A stretch of 64,000 nt of DNA from Anthoceros angustus. Taxonomy: Eukaryota > Plantae > Anthocerotophyta. This document shows positions 38,531-50,300 of the stretch, piece by piece; position 1 is the stretch's first letter; every line of letters starts with the position of its first letter. A program made the position numbers and the translations under genes. The notes under the pieces were generated by a model. That model worked only from the letters and a program-made list of their open reading frames with translations. It made no database searches and was not told the origin of the DNA. The DNA lies in assembly GCA_010909165.1 (NCBI GenBank), contig MU008165.1, positions 1,674,001 to 1,738,000 of the forward strand. The letters are read 5' to 3'.

Positions 38531-39595
38531 ATACTTGTTTTAGAAATCCTTGACAGGAAAGGAAAAAGATTTTTTGAAAAAAAATGCTTGTTGTGAAAGG
38601 AAAGAAAAAGTTTTTGATAAATATTTATTATGAAAGGGAATTTTTTTAACAATGCAGAGCCTTGGTGACGGTGCGTTAGTACACCCAGTCTTCCAAGTAC
38701 AAGTGATGTCGGATAGGCTCCAGGTTCTTAACTTGTCTTGCCTGTGTTCTCTCTCCCGGCTGACCTAGAACTCTAACCCGAACACTTCCGTAGTGCAGCT
38801 TGGCCAGCTGTCAAAACTCGACTTGTTGGGACACGGAGGCAAGCCGGAAACTTCGTACTAGCACAGCTTGGAGCCTGAGCAATACCATGGGGCCGAAATA
38901 GATTGGAGACAGGTTGCAAAGGACATCGTGCTCCAGTCTGGTATATACTCCTAGGATGCATGGAGGCTTGCGCGTCTTATGAGCTCAGCATCCGCGGAAG
39001 CGTGATGCTGAACAAGTCGCTGTAGTGCATGTGGGAATTCATTGCTTGATTTAGAGGCTTGCTTGATGTTTGATACAGAACAGCCTGGAGCTGCCCACAG
39101 ATTAGGGTCTCCACAGAGGTCCCCACTCATCAACCAAACAGCAAGGTCATGACCGTCAATGTGTTCACATACAGTGGGCTTTTTAGGAGGCAGGTGCTTA
39201 TTAGTTGCATAACTTGCAAGTTGCAACTTGCTACTACTTTTTCTCCCTTTCGTTTGTCAACTGGCCTCGTGTTCTGCTGGGCTGTGAACTTGTCAGCTGT
39301 GTCCCGTTGAGTATATATTTATCCATAGTATACACACGAAAAATGCCATCCCTCTTGTCGGAATCTTTGACGCTGAGTAGGGCAGAGCGGTTTTCAGGCA
39401 TCGTGACGACAGCGGGAGAGGGGGGGAGGGATGTTTTTTACATGGCGGAATTATTGCATACAGTGGAGCAGTAGTACACCCTGTCTCGAGTACAGGGATA
39501 TGTCGGACATGTGGAGGGATGTTTCCTAGTTGTTCACTATACTATGTCTTCCCTTTTCTCTCAGACCTGATTTCATAGAAAATGGTGTCCAGAGT

Positions 39596-41025
39596 CTATA
39601 CAAATGCTTCAAGAACAGAGAAGTAAGCATCCCGGGTGTAGGCGAGCTCCAACCGAGAAAACCCAGCATCCAGCACAAGCTTACGGTACTCTGCTTCTGT
39701 CCTCTCTCTCCCTCTCACGTTGATGGTTAGCATGAGGATGTCCAGGTGCAACTGAGCTTGCGTTGCTTCATCCCGATTGGTTACTCCAGCAAGTGCAGCT
39801 TCCACTATGATGACCCGGCCATGAGCTGGAAGTGCCTTGTGAGCGTTTCTCAAAATCTTCAAACAGTCTTCATCACTCCAGTCGTGTAGAATCCACTGCG
39901 CGCGCGGTCAAAAACGTTCATCAGCACACAACTGAAATGCACAACCTCTAAAGATGAAACCTTCCATGTACAGATTCAAGATAGCAGACACGTCACCTTG
40001 AGGAACAGGGCGTCTCCGTTCGGAATACTCTCAAACATGTCACCAGCAATCTGCTCCACTCCTGATCATCACCAGCGTCCAATTATAACATCACCCAACT
40101 CCCAACTCCCAACCCACAACTCACAACTCACAACTCACTGAACGGAAAATCGTGGCAAGACCGAAAGTCGTACCAGGAGAGCTTGGAGCTCGCGCAATAA
40201 CATGCGGCCGATCAAAATTGAATCCGGTGATGTGTGGATGCGCCTTCACAATGGCGCTCACAGCGCCACCGTACCCCCCTGCTACATCCACCAGCGTGCC
40301 CTCCAAGGATGAAAACCCTGCGTAGTTTTCCACAAGATCTGCCATGACGATCCTCGTCATGTTCGTCATGAACTGGTGGAACATGGTGCCGAGTCTTGCA
40401 TCGCTGTGGTAGTAAGTCCAAGTATCCACGCCATGAGCTTTCACGAACGGCTGCACCCCATCCACGGCCATCTCCCCCAGCAAGTACCCACAATCCACAT
40501 TCACCTTGTCCGTCGAAAACAGGACTTGGGGGATCAGCCGCGACCCCTCCTCGTCCTCCACGAGCAAGCTGGACGCCTCGTTGAGCGCAAATCTGCGATC
40601 CAGGACTCCTGCAGCGGTGTGCCTCACAGACTCCTCGAAGACGCCGTGCGCCGTCAGCAGCCGCAGGAACCGACTGACGGTATCCGCAGTGAAGGTCGTG
40701 CTGTTGGGAATATGCGCAGCAATCTCCCTGCAAAACGTGAACGGTCACAACCAGATTCCACGATGCAACAATGCGAAGGAGGGAAAGTTCTCCAAACAAG
40801 GCGAGGGTGTTTCAGGTCGGGCATTTACTCTGAAGAAAGGAAAACACCAGGTCCCGCCGTGGCCAAGATGGTCGGAACTCGCAGATCAATCACGGCCTTG
40901 AGAGCCATGGGCACCAGGTAAAGAAGATTAACTCGCGTTATAGTCTCGGTGCCCGATCCGGTGCGGGCCTTCCCGCCTGGGCCTGCGGGAGAGGCCGTCG
41001 TAATTTCTCCATTAGCTGCACCCAT
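39596..41025 (-). CDS. Class II (COMT-like) O-methyltransferase, paralog 2, 4 exons
   Basis: Same exon layout as paralog 1. Starts 'MGAANGEITTAS'. Motifs 'LKAVIDLRVP', 'LVDVAGGYG', 'QIAGDMF', 'WILHDWSDE' and 'GRERTEAEY'. Stop TAG at 39596. Confidence 0.93.
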
Positions 41026-41755
41026 TGCTGCGTCGTCGGGCCAGCCCAGCAGCAGTGACTTCGATGTTTGCAACCACACCGGCAGCCGTTCAAAATGGAG
41101 AAGGAAGAGCACTCTAAAACCAAGGCAGTGACTGTGATCAACACAATGATCGCTGGCCTGGTCTCCTCGGCTATAAGACAGACGGCAGCCCGGCGTTTCA
41201 ACGAAGAGACTGGCCTTCCATGGTACAGCCAGCCCAGTGCCCAATGCGCGGCCATGGAGTCTTCGTTTGACTCTTGAGATCAATTTGAGCTGAATGCCAG
41301 GAAAGTAGCAGCGACGCAAGGAATGTCACAAAAACGCACATGGCCCCACCAGGAGGGCAGACTCCGGGCAGCTCCATCCCATCAACCCGTATGTTCCCTA
41401 TGTATACGGTCATGTCTCCATGTCCTCACTACATGTACAGCACAATCCCATTCAAGGTCACATCCAAACCACTTTCTTATGACACTCAGCTTCACGTTAC
41501 ATGCAAACCACTTCGCTATCACATTGAATTCTTTAATCAAGTATATTTTTCTGCTGGTCTTTATTTAATTAAGTACTATGAATGCAAACACTCTCCCCAC
41601 CCTTTGTGAATGAACTTGAACTTAAAGATTCGTCTCACTCTATTTCTTCATGCTCTCTTGAAGAGACATGTGTGAAAGGTGTTTAGACAATTAGATAATA
41701 TTGTTGAAGCCTATCAGTTATATTACTTAGAAAAAGTGATGGGGAGAGCCCATCA

Positions 41756-44135
41756 AGTGGAGGACAAAAGGAGACCCCGAGGGTTGAGGTAAAAAGGAGC
41801 AGCTAAGCTCCCTACCGCATCCTCCTCTTCATCCGTTGTGTGTAGGCCGTTTACTCTTCCCACACACGATATTGCTGGCGCAATAGGTACTGCTGTCGCC
41901 GCTTTATGGAGGATCGCCGTTGCGAGAGCCCGTTGAAGGGCAATGGAAACGCGTTGTCTGAAGAAGGCCGTGAAGCAGGAAAGGGACAGCCCTACCCCAT
42001 GCCTGTGGGCATGGTAGGCTTTGGCACAGGACTTGATAAATTAATCGAAGTCCTCAGCCAATGTCTCATTCGTTTCTAGGGCAAGGAGAATGAAGAGGTG
42101 GCTTGCTTGCGGCTGGTTGTATTTCCTGACCTTCAAAGCCACCGCCCAAAGAAGAACCCAACTTGACGGCCGATAACTGGCGGAGGTTGTGTCGCCGGGG
42201 GCCAACTTCTATCTCGTCCGCGGTAATCGAGACTCGGTTACCGCGGACGAGATAGAAGTTGGCCCTCAGCGAGCGACCTGTACGAAGATTGTACCACCGC
42301 TCTCTCCAAACCATGTAGCCGCTTTCGAGAGCTATAGCGGACGTCGCGAATGGTATCATGGGTGGCGATGCGTTGACCCCCATCGCATGCGAACAAGAGC
42401 AGGGTTGAGCTCTTGTGGACCTGGGGATGGAGGGGTCCGAGACTGAAAAGCCTAGCCAAGTTGCTTTTTGTTCAGTGATGCCTGCAACTCCCAAAAACCA
42501 TCGGTGAGGCCTTAAGGTGGTGAAAGGGGGGAAGTCCTACTGCGCATCCGCTGATGACATGTCCCTGGTAGCCGTAGGGACATTTGTGGAGGGAAATTTT
42601 CCTCCTCTACTATAGAGGCAAAACCCTCCAGAAAAGGCTTGACATGAAGGATAAAGCGGGAGGCCAAAGCCGGGGCGGATAGGATGCCCAAAAATGCTCT
42701 TGGGGAGGATATCTCCATTCAGAGCAAACCAGCACCCCCAGAGCCATTGGGAGGGATGCTTGCCAGCGGGCCAGATCGCCTAGAGGACACTCAAAAGCCC
42801 CTGGCCCCATGATGTCTCCCAAGGTGTCCATGATCTTCCTGTCAAACCCTTGTAGCCGGGACAGAAGGACCGGAGACGGAGGCAACGTGCGGATGAGGTA
42901 ATCAGGGTGCCTAGCAAAGCAAGAGGAAAGAATACCACATGCCACATGAGCATCCTCCAGCAAAGAGAGGTCCTCGACGTCGGAGAAGTCCTTTGCCAGA
43001 GCCTAGTCCAAGAAGCTCCCAACGAAGTCAGGGGAACATAAGGGGACCCCCAAAATCTGCAGACCCGAGGCCAGAGCAATCTCCCCTTCAGGGAACTTCA
43101 AGCTTGTAGGGAAGATCCTCGACACAGACCGAACCCGATACTTGACAACTTGACCTCAAGTCCATACAGGAGAGCGCATAAAAGGAGCTCGATGGCCTCC
43201 TTGACCTTGTCCCCAGGCTTGAGGATGTAAGATTCATCCGCTAGTGAAGGGAAGACACAGTCGCGCGCTGAGGAGGCGGCCCTGTAGAGGGCACCACCCA
43301 GAGGGTCGCCTTGCCTGGTCCATGTGGCAGATTTCAAAACAGAGATGGCAAAGCCCGATGATAAAAGAGGTTGGAGGACTACCATAAAAGCAACGAACAA
43401 ATGGGATAAGGCTTCCCAAGACTTCACCAGCGTCCCTGAGCTCCTCGAAGATAACACCCCTGGAAATATTGTTGAAGGCATTTTCCACATTCACCTGTAA
43501 GACCACCCACTCCGTGTGAGTTTCGAGGCATGCCTTCACTCCAAACACCACAGACTCGCATCCCCCCCGGAGTGGCGATGCCGAATTGAAAGGGATTGAG
43601 ATACTAATGGAGAAGGGAACAACATTGAAGGGCAATAGTGCGAATAAGAAGTTGCATGAAGGCTCCCCCAACCGCGAGGGGACACACGCTAGAGCCCGGG
43701 GAAGGCTTCTCCATAGCGACCAACCTATTAGCTGCGAGAACATGGGAAATCCGTTGAAGGATCTCGCCTCGAGCCACAAACGCAGCCAAGAGAAAATCTT
43801 TGGGAAGCCACTAGATGGGTCGTCTGGGAAAAAAAGGTTCTGAAGGTGCTCGAACACCATTCCTGACAGCTCAACACATGAAAGACGTGAGGTCGTAGAT
43901 AGGGCTAGGGCAAAAGCCACCCGATCTAGGGAGAAGAGGTCCTCTGGGACGTAGTCGAATATGTCTGAGATGATGGCATCTTTTGGGGCTGGATGAAGGG
44001 CCTAGAGGGTTGCAATGCTCTCCTTCGAAGCAAGGGCCAAGGCAAGGGGGCGAAGAGCCCTGGCGGCACGGGCATATTCGCTTACTTGGCCTAACAACTT
44101 ACATCGACGCAAGTTTGCAGCACTGCCCGGGACTT
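41756..44135 (-). mobile_element. CRE-like non-LTR retrotransposon (RT + RLE), 5'-truncated and frameshifted
   Basis: RT blocks 'NVENAFN', 'FVRCFYG', 'TRQGDPLG', 'SLAD' and 'ASLPMALG'. RLE 'GGQRIATHD', 'FIPLALET' and 'FFRQRVSIALQ'. The C-terminus aligns with the 35.0-35.6 kb fragment. Confidence 0.85.
42199..42265. repeat. 67-bp near-perfect hairpin (33-bp arms, 1-nt loop, 1 mismatch)
   Basis: GGGCCAACTTCTATCTCGTCCGCGGTAATCGAG-A-CTCGGTTACCGCGGACGAGATAGAAGTTGGCCC. Confidence 0.95.
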
Positions 44136-44161
44136 GTTTAGGGTTTATGGTTTAGGGTTTG
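44136..44161 (+). repeat. Short plant-telomere-like array
   Basis: G-TTTAGGG-TTTATGG-TTTAGGG-TTTG directly at the 5' junction of the CRE-like element. Confidence 0.7.
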
Positions 44162-45171
44162 TTGAAGCTAACATGCAACGTGTCTTTTTTAATACACATA
44201 ATATGTTTAAAGAAACCAAAACATGGATTGTGTTTTCAAAAATACATATATTTTTTCATATTTATTATGATATTATAAGCACTACAAGTGACTTTAGACA
44301 TGGAGTTTAGTTGCTCCTTCTTTACTGCGACACTTGATGTCTTTTAGTAGATGGGTTAACCCATCTCCTCTTTCCTTTCTATTTTTGTAAGTGTTATTGT
44401 CTTCATTCAAATGTAGTCATGGCGAATTGGCACGCACAATGCTTAACGGGCCGAGGAGGTACGGCATTTAAATATGATTTACGAAACAAGAAACAGCAAA
44501 ACTGAAGCGTGAATAAATGAAAACCGTTTCAGTTTTATAACTGCACGGTGTTGAAACCCACCTTTGGGGCACATCTATTAACATGGAGACAAGTCTTCAT
44601 CGCACAGAGGCAATGACCGTATACGAACCGCATACGGACGATATGGGATGGAGCTGCCCGACGGAGGCTGCCCGAATGGTGGGGCCAACACGCTTTTTTG
44701 AAGAATTCCTTGCATCGCTGCTACTGGCGAATGCCAGTATTGACCCACAGTTGTATAGGCCACTTGCAAGCTCGCCATGTTGCCGCTTGCCTTCCTACCT
44801 GGATTAGCAAGCTCCACTGACTGTAAATAGATTTCAGCGGTCGTACGGCCCACGTGTGGCGTGTCAGCGCCTTTACCCCTTCCCATTAAAGGGCATCACG
44901 GATTCACAGCCTTGATCAAGGAGACATATCCGGCGGAGTTACCGGCCGCGGTCCGCGTGGGGACAGACACAAGTGCAGCGTCAGATGCTGCGAGGACCCT
45001 GAATAAGCAAGGTCGTTGACCCACGAGGGACCTAGATTTTAAAGAGTCTCTTGAAAATCTGTTACACAAAACTGGATACAAATTTCCCTCTAATTCAACT
45101 TCATCAGTGTAAGTTCTGTTCTAAGGGCATCAGTCCTGTGGAAACGAAGGTCGAGATAAACCTGCCATCCG

Positions 45172-45897
45172 TCAGTCCTCCTCTCTCTCTGGAGGAGTGC
45201 CGCACGGCACCAGCATTTTCTGCAAAACCACCACACCAAGCTCAACACCACGCAAAAAAGCAAAACAAGGAAGCCTGATACGTCCGAGCCCTGTAGAAGA
45301 GAGAGCGGCATCTCGATAAAGCAAAGCTTCAAAACCAATGCGCACAGAAAACATGGCTGGGGCTCAAAAGCTGGGATCCCATTGCTTCGACTCTCACACC
45401 AAACAAGCACTCAGCATGATTCGAGCTCACCAGCTCGTGGAACTAACCAACTAACCTGCATAAACTTGTACTTCATCCTGCCGATGGACTCATTCTCTGC
45501 CACCGCGAAGTAGGCCAATAGCGGATAGTGCCCGAGATACGACGCATAGCTGTCCCGTTGAATGTTCACTGCCCATTCACTGCAAAAACAAAACCCTAGA
45601 ACGTGACAGTCCATCCACAGAGCAGATTGAAACCCTATTCCAGAGCAAGCATGCCTCACAAATGCACTCCAGCTTTGCGCACAGAGAGAAAACAAACTGA
45701 AACGCTTACAAGCGGTTAAGATCCGCGTGGCCCGTCCCGACATATTTCGCCTGCAAATGCTCAAGCTGGCTGTTGATGTTGAACCGGTCGCTGGCCTGCA
45801 GAAAAACCTCATCTCAGCAGCTCAGCGGTATCCAATAACCTAACCCCGGCCCGGTCCAAGGAAAGAACGCATGTTTGCCCTCAGAACACACCTGCAT
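45172..45897 (-). CDS. SF3B5: Splicing factor 3B subunit 5 (SF3b10), 4 exons
   Basis: Exons 45897-45892 (MQ), 45795-45710, 45579-45456 and 45219-45172 give MQASDRFNINSQLEHLQAKYVGTGHADLNRFEWAVNIQRDSYASYLGHYPLLAYFAVAENESIGRMKYKFMQKMLVPCGTPPEREED. Confidence 0.96.
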
Positions 45898-47129
45898 GGT
45901 GGAAAGGCTTGCAAGACCTGTGCAAGGCAATCCCAGATCTCCAAGCCCCTACCGCGCCTGCCCGAGAGCTGGGGGATTCCACCACCGCCTTTAGGGAGAC
46001 TGGCACGGCAACGTCCCCTCGTGAAACGCGAGTCACGAATTGCGAACTTAGGAAACCCGAGACAGTTTCGGTGCTCTGGTTGTGCTCAACTAAATTGATG
46101 GGATTATGAATATTCATAGAGAGGATTGATTAATTAACACCAGCCCTGCGGCCATTTTTGCGAGGGATCCATCATCCAAGGCCAGCGTCGAGCCTTGCCC
46201 AGCGTGATCTCCCTTGCATTGCTCCCGGCCGACCTCGAGGCCGACCTCGAGGCCGACCTCGTCCACGAAGCAGGCGACAGCCACCTCCAGCTTGCCCTGC
46301 TCAAGTTGCCTTGTACTCGTGCGAGCCAATCGCTCGAGCTTGTGGCTGGCCTGGCCACGACATGGCCTCCGTCCTGGGTTTCCGAGTCAGCCTCCCTCCA
46401 TATTTTCAGCACTTGGGATCTGCTCAGCTTGCTGTAGTTCACCTCGTTCAGAGTCTCCACTGGCAGGTCTCTGGCCAGCATCGGGGACGCGCCTCCCCAT
46501 CGCCGGAATCTGTGATGCTGAGGAGTGAGGAACTGAGCTACCCTGCTCATCGTGCCTGCAGTCCTTCCCACGAGCTAGGAATTTTGCCAGTCGGGGCGTG
46601 GTGTGCGGGGTGGCCAGCCTTGAATCTTTGCGACCATTCAAGCATCCGCGCCTTATAAAGATGCAGCGGTGCAGCCTGGGAAACAAAGTTCGGCCGGCTG
46701 AGGGCAACGGAATGTCAGTCACAAGGCTTGATCGGAGGATAAGTTTGTCTCTCTGGCGTCCTGTTGGCCACAATTTGTCGTCCTGCTGCGGACACCACGA
46801 TTCTTGCCTTGGCAAGCGAGGCTGAGCTGGCATTACGGGATAATATGTCAAAGCGCAGCAAGTCCTACAAACTCCGATGGAACGCGTCGGAGCCAGTGTG
46901 GCCATGGTTGTGGCAAGGTGGACTAAGATTAGGGCTGATCTGCCTGCGCAGGTGAGCTGTTTTCGTCTTGTTTCAAATGCTGGATTGCAGGTTCTTGCTT
47001 CAAATGCTGGATCGCAGGTTCTTGGATGCATCCCTTACGTCTTGGCTTATCGATCGAGTGATTCAACTTCGGATTTCCGGGTAAGATAGACGTCATGTCG
47101 AGCTTTAGAATTTCATTGTTTGTAGTCAG

Positions 47130-47330
47130 GGGCTGATTTGTTGCTGGCTCTGCAATTCGTACTCCATAAACGGAACGACGAGGCTTGTTTGAAAGCTCTT
47201 CAAAGCTGCCACAAGGCGCTTCCTCTAGGCGGCAGGCTCATAGTCGCTTCAAGGGCGGTCATTGAGCCAGAGCTGATGAGTGTAAATATGATATGGCCAG
47301 TGGTGGAACGCGTCGGGACAAGAAACCTGC
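47130..47330 (+). pseudogene. O-methyltransferase C-terminal exon remnant, truncated by a Copia
   Basis: After an AG acceptor the frame reads 'ADLLLALQFVLHKRNDEACLKALQSCHKALPLGGRLIV', matching the 'ILHDWSDE.CLKIL..HKALP..GKVI' block of the neighbouring OMTs. Upstream 46.1-46.9 kb may be degraded exons. Confidence 0.6.
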
Positions 47331-47339
47331 ATGTAAGGC

Positions 47340-50300
47340 CATTGAGTCCAGTAAGCGGTACGTATAACTATATGGGTAGCCAATGGGTACTACGCAAGAA
47401 ATACAATGCGGATGGCCAAATTCTCCAGACTGAAGGCTCGATTTGTTGCCCGAGATGGAATTGATTATTATGAAGACAGGGTATACACCCCGGTTGTCAA
47501 ACTAACATCACTCCGTCTCATGCTGGCCTTGGCAGCTTTACACAACCTTCATGTTCATCAGCTCGATGTGCAAACCGCGTTCTTAAATGATATACTCCAA
47601 GAAGAGATTTACATTAAGCAGCCGGATGGATACATACCACCAGGCAAAGAACACTTTGGTCCGTAAGCTTCACAGAAGCCTTTACGGCCTCAAGCAATCT
47701 GGTAAGGAATGGTATGATGAATGTTAGAGATCTCTCACAAGTTTAGGATACACTAAGAGTAATGTGGAGGCTAGTGTATTCATCAGAAACATAGGTTCCG
47801 AATGCTGATGATGGGCATCTATGTAGACGATGTCATTATGATATCCAATCATGCGAAATATTTAGCATAATCCAAAGCTGAGCTCATGCAGCAATTCTCC
47901 ATGACAGACAATGGAATTATGCAGTTCTGCCTGGGTGTTCAAGTGAAGTATAATCCACCTCAACATAGCATTACACTTCATCAAGAGCATTTTGTTCTGG
48001 ATGTACTTGATAAATTCAACATGTCGAACCATAAACCCGCTGATACTCCGATACAGACAGGTCCTCGACTAAGCAAGACGATGTGTCCCCAAACTCCTAT
48101 AGAACAAGAGGAAATGAGCTCTGTCCCATATACAGGAGCTGTAGGCAGTCTTCACCATCTCGTACGAAATACTCGGCTTGACATTGCTCTACCAACTTCA
48201 TTTACCTCTCAATTTCTTTCTAATGTTGGTCCTGGCAGCGTCTGTTTAGAAAGGGGTTTCTCCTGTCAAAAGGGGTTTTGGAAAAAATCCCAACCCTATT
48301 TCGCCGGAAACTGAAGTTGGTTTGGTTTTTGTTGGTTTTTGTAGGTGTTCATCCATCGGTTTCGGGCATTCTCGGCCCGCACCACTTCCTCGAGTCATTT
48401 ACACCGCATTGGCGCCTTGTACTCGTTCATGGCGATTTAGTCGGTGTGATGAAGAACTAGTGACCTCATTGTTCCATAATTTCGTCATGTCCGTAGTTTA
48501 CGCATTTTGTGTGGTTTTGTATGTTTTGTATACCGGGGGCCTAGGCGCATAAGTGCGCGTCTAAACAACGCTTATGCAAACTTGTGCACGACCGTGAAAA
48601 AGAACGCGAAAAATAATCTTCTAATGGGGAAACATGTCCTTTTGGAGGTCCGAGGATGTGAACTCCCAACAAAATAACAAGTAGTAGACATCGGAGGTTC
48701 ACCTAGACCGCTCTCATATATCTATCCTATGCCCTAATGCGACGAAGAACACCCTATCCCCTTTTATCCTTTACGGTGTTTAGTCTCTTCGTGGTGACCT
48801 AGTCTTAGGGTTATCATCAAACATGCTAGGGGCCGGTGGGTGAACAAGTGCATGTACCGAGGGCAAGGGGCCGCGTGCGCGCACAAGTGCACGCACAAGT
48901 GCACGCACAAGTGCACGCACAAGTGCGCACTGGGGCAGGGGCCGGGTGCGCGCGCACTGGGGCAGGGGCGTGCGCGCACTGGGGCAAGGAGGCCTGTGCA
49001 CGCACAAGTGCGCACTGGGGCAGGAGGCCAGTGCACGCACAAGTGCACGCACCCAAGGTCAAGAAGGGCCTAGGAGCATGAACCCATATGGTTCATGCCT
49101 CCTAGTGCATTCAGACAGTTCATCAAAGAAAAAGAGCAAAAGTCTAAAAACCCTTAAAACCCTAAAAAATCACAAAAAGTCCAGTTTTTGAGGCAAGTCA
49201 GCACTTGCCCTAAAATTTTTGACAATTTTTGAATTATTTTTGTATTTGTTTTGATATTTTGTTGTTTTAAAGGGTTCCTTTCGACGTTTTCAACCTTTTT
49301 TGTGCACCTCTCTAATGTGGATATGTTCTTATCTTTACTTAATCCTCATCTTTTTTCTAGTGGTTAAAACTTTGAACTAGTAGTGAGAACCTTTTGCATC
49401 TTTTGAATCTTGAGACGTTTGGCGTGGGCCCAGCTCCAAGTGCAGACCATGCCACTCTCATTCTCGTAGTGCATGTGGATCAAGAATATCAGGTCAACGA
49501 AGATATTATTGTCCTAATGTCTAAGAAACAAAGTCCTGTAAAATTCTCAGAGCGAGAGTATAGTCTTAGGATTGACTGGTATGAATGAAAGGTTGGTGCG
49601 CAAACAAGTTTGCGCGAGTCTAACAAGCCTAAAACTCTAATGTTTTGTATCGTCCAACACACAATGATTGCGGATGTTGGAAGCTATTTAGATGTAAGTG
49701 CGGCGCATAAGTGCCCTAAACAACGCTTATGCGCAAACTTGTGCACGACCGCAAAAAGAACGAAAAATAATCTTCTAATGGGGAAACATGTCCTTTGAGG
49801 TCCGAGGATGCCGAACTCCCAACAAAATAACAAGTAGTAGACATCGGAGGTTCACCTAGACCGCTCTCATATATCTATCCTATGCCCTAATGCGACGAAG
49901 AACACCCTATCCCCTTTTTATCCTTTACGGTGTTTCCGTCTCTTTCGGCGGTGACCTAGTACCGGGTTATCATCAAACATGCTAGGGGCCCAGCTGGGTG
50001 AACAAGTGCATGTACCGGGGGGGCATGCGCACAAGTGCGCACTGGGGCAGGCGCACAGCGCGCGCACTGGGGCGCAGTGCGCGCACGGCAGGGGGCGCGC
50101 GCACTGGGGCAGCGTGCCGCACTGTGCACCTGCGCGCACTGTGCGCGCACTGGGGCAGGAGGCCAGTGCACGCACAAGTGCACGCACCCAAGGTCAAGAA
50201 GGGCCTAGGAGCATGAACCCATATGGTTCATGCCTCCTAGTGCATTCCCGCACGGTTCATCCAAAGAAAAAGAGCAAAAGTCTAAAAACCCCTTAAAACC

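Noticed and set aside
38760-39230. Minus-strand coding-looking fragment downstream of OMT2
   Set aside because: Multiple stops and no recognisable family, so it cannot be supported.
48764-50296. Cys/His/Ala-rich ORFs ('CTHKCTHK', 'HLCVHLCV') as metal-binding proteins
   Set aside because: They are translations of the 12-bp GTGCACGCACAA repeats in the TIR element core, open in several frames on both strands.
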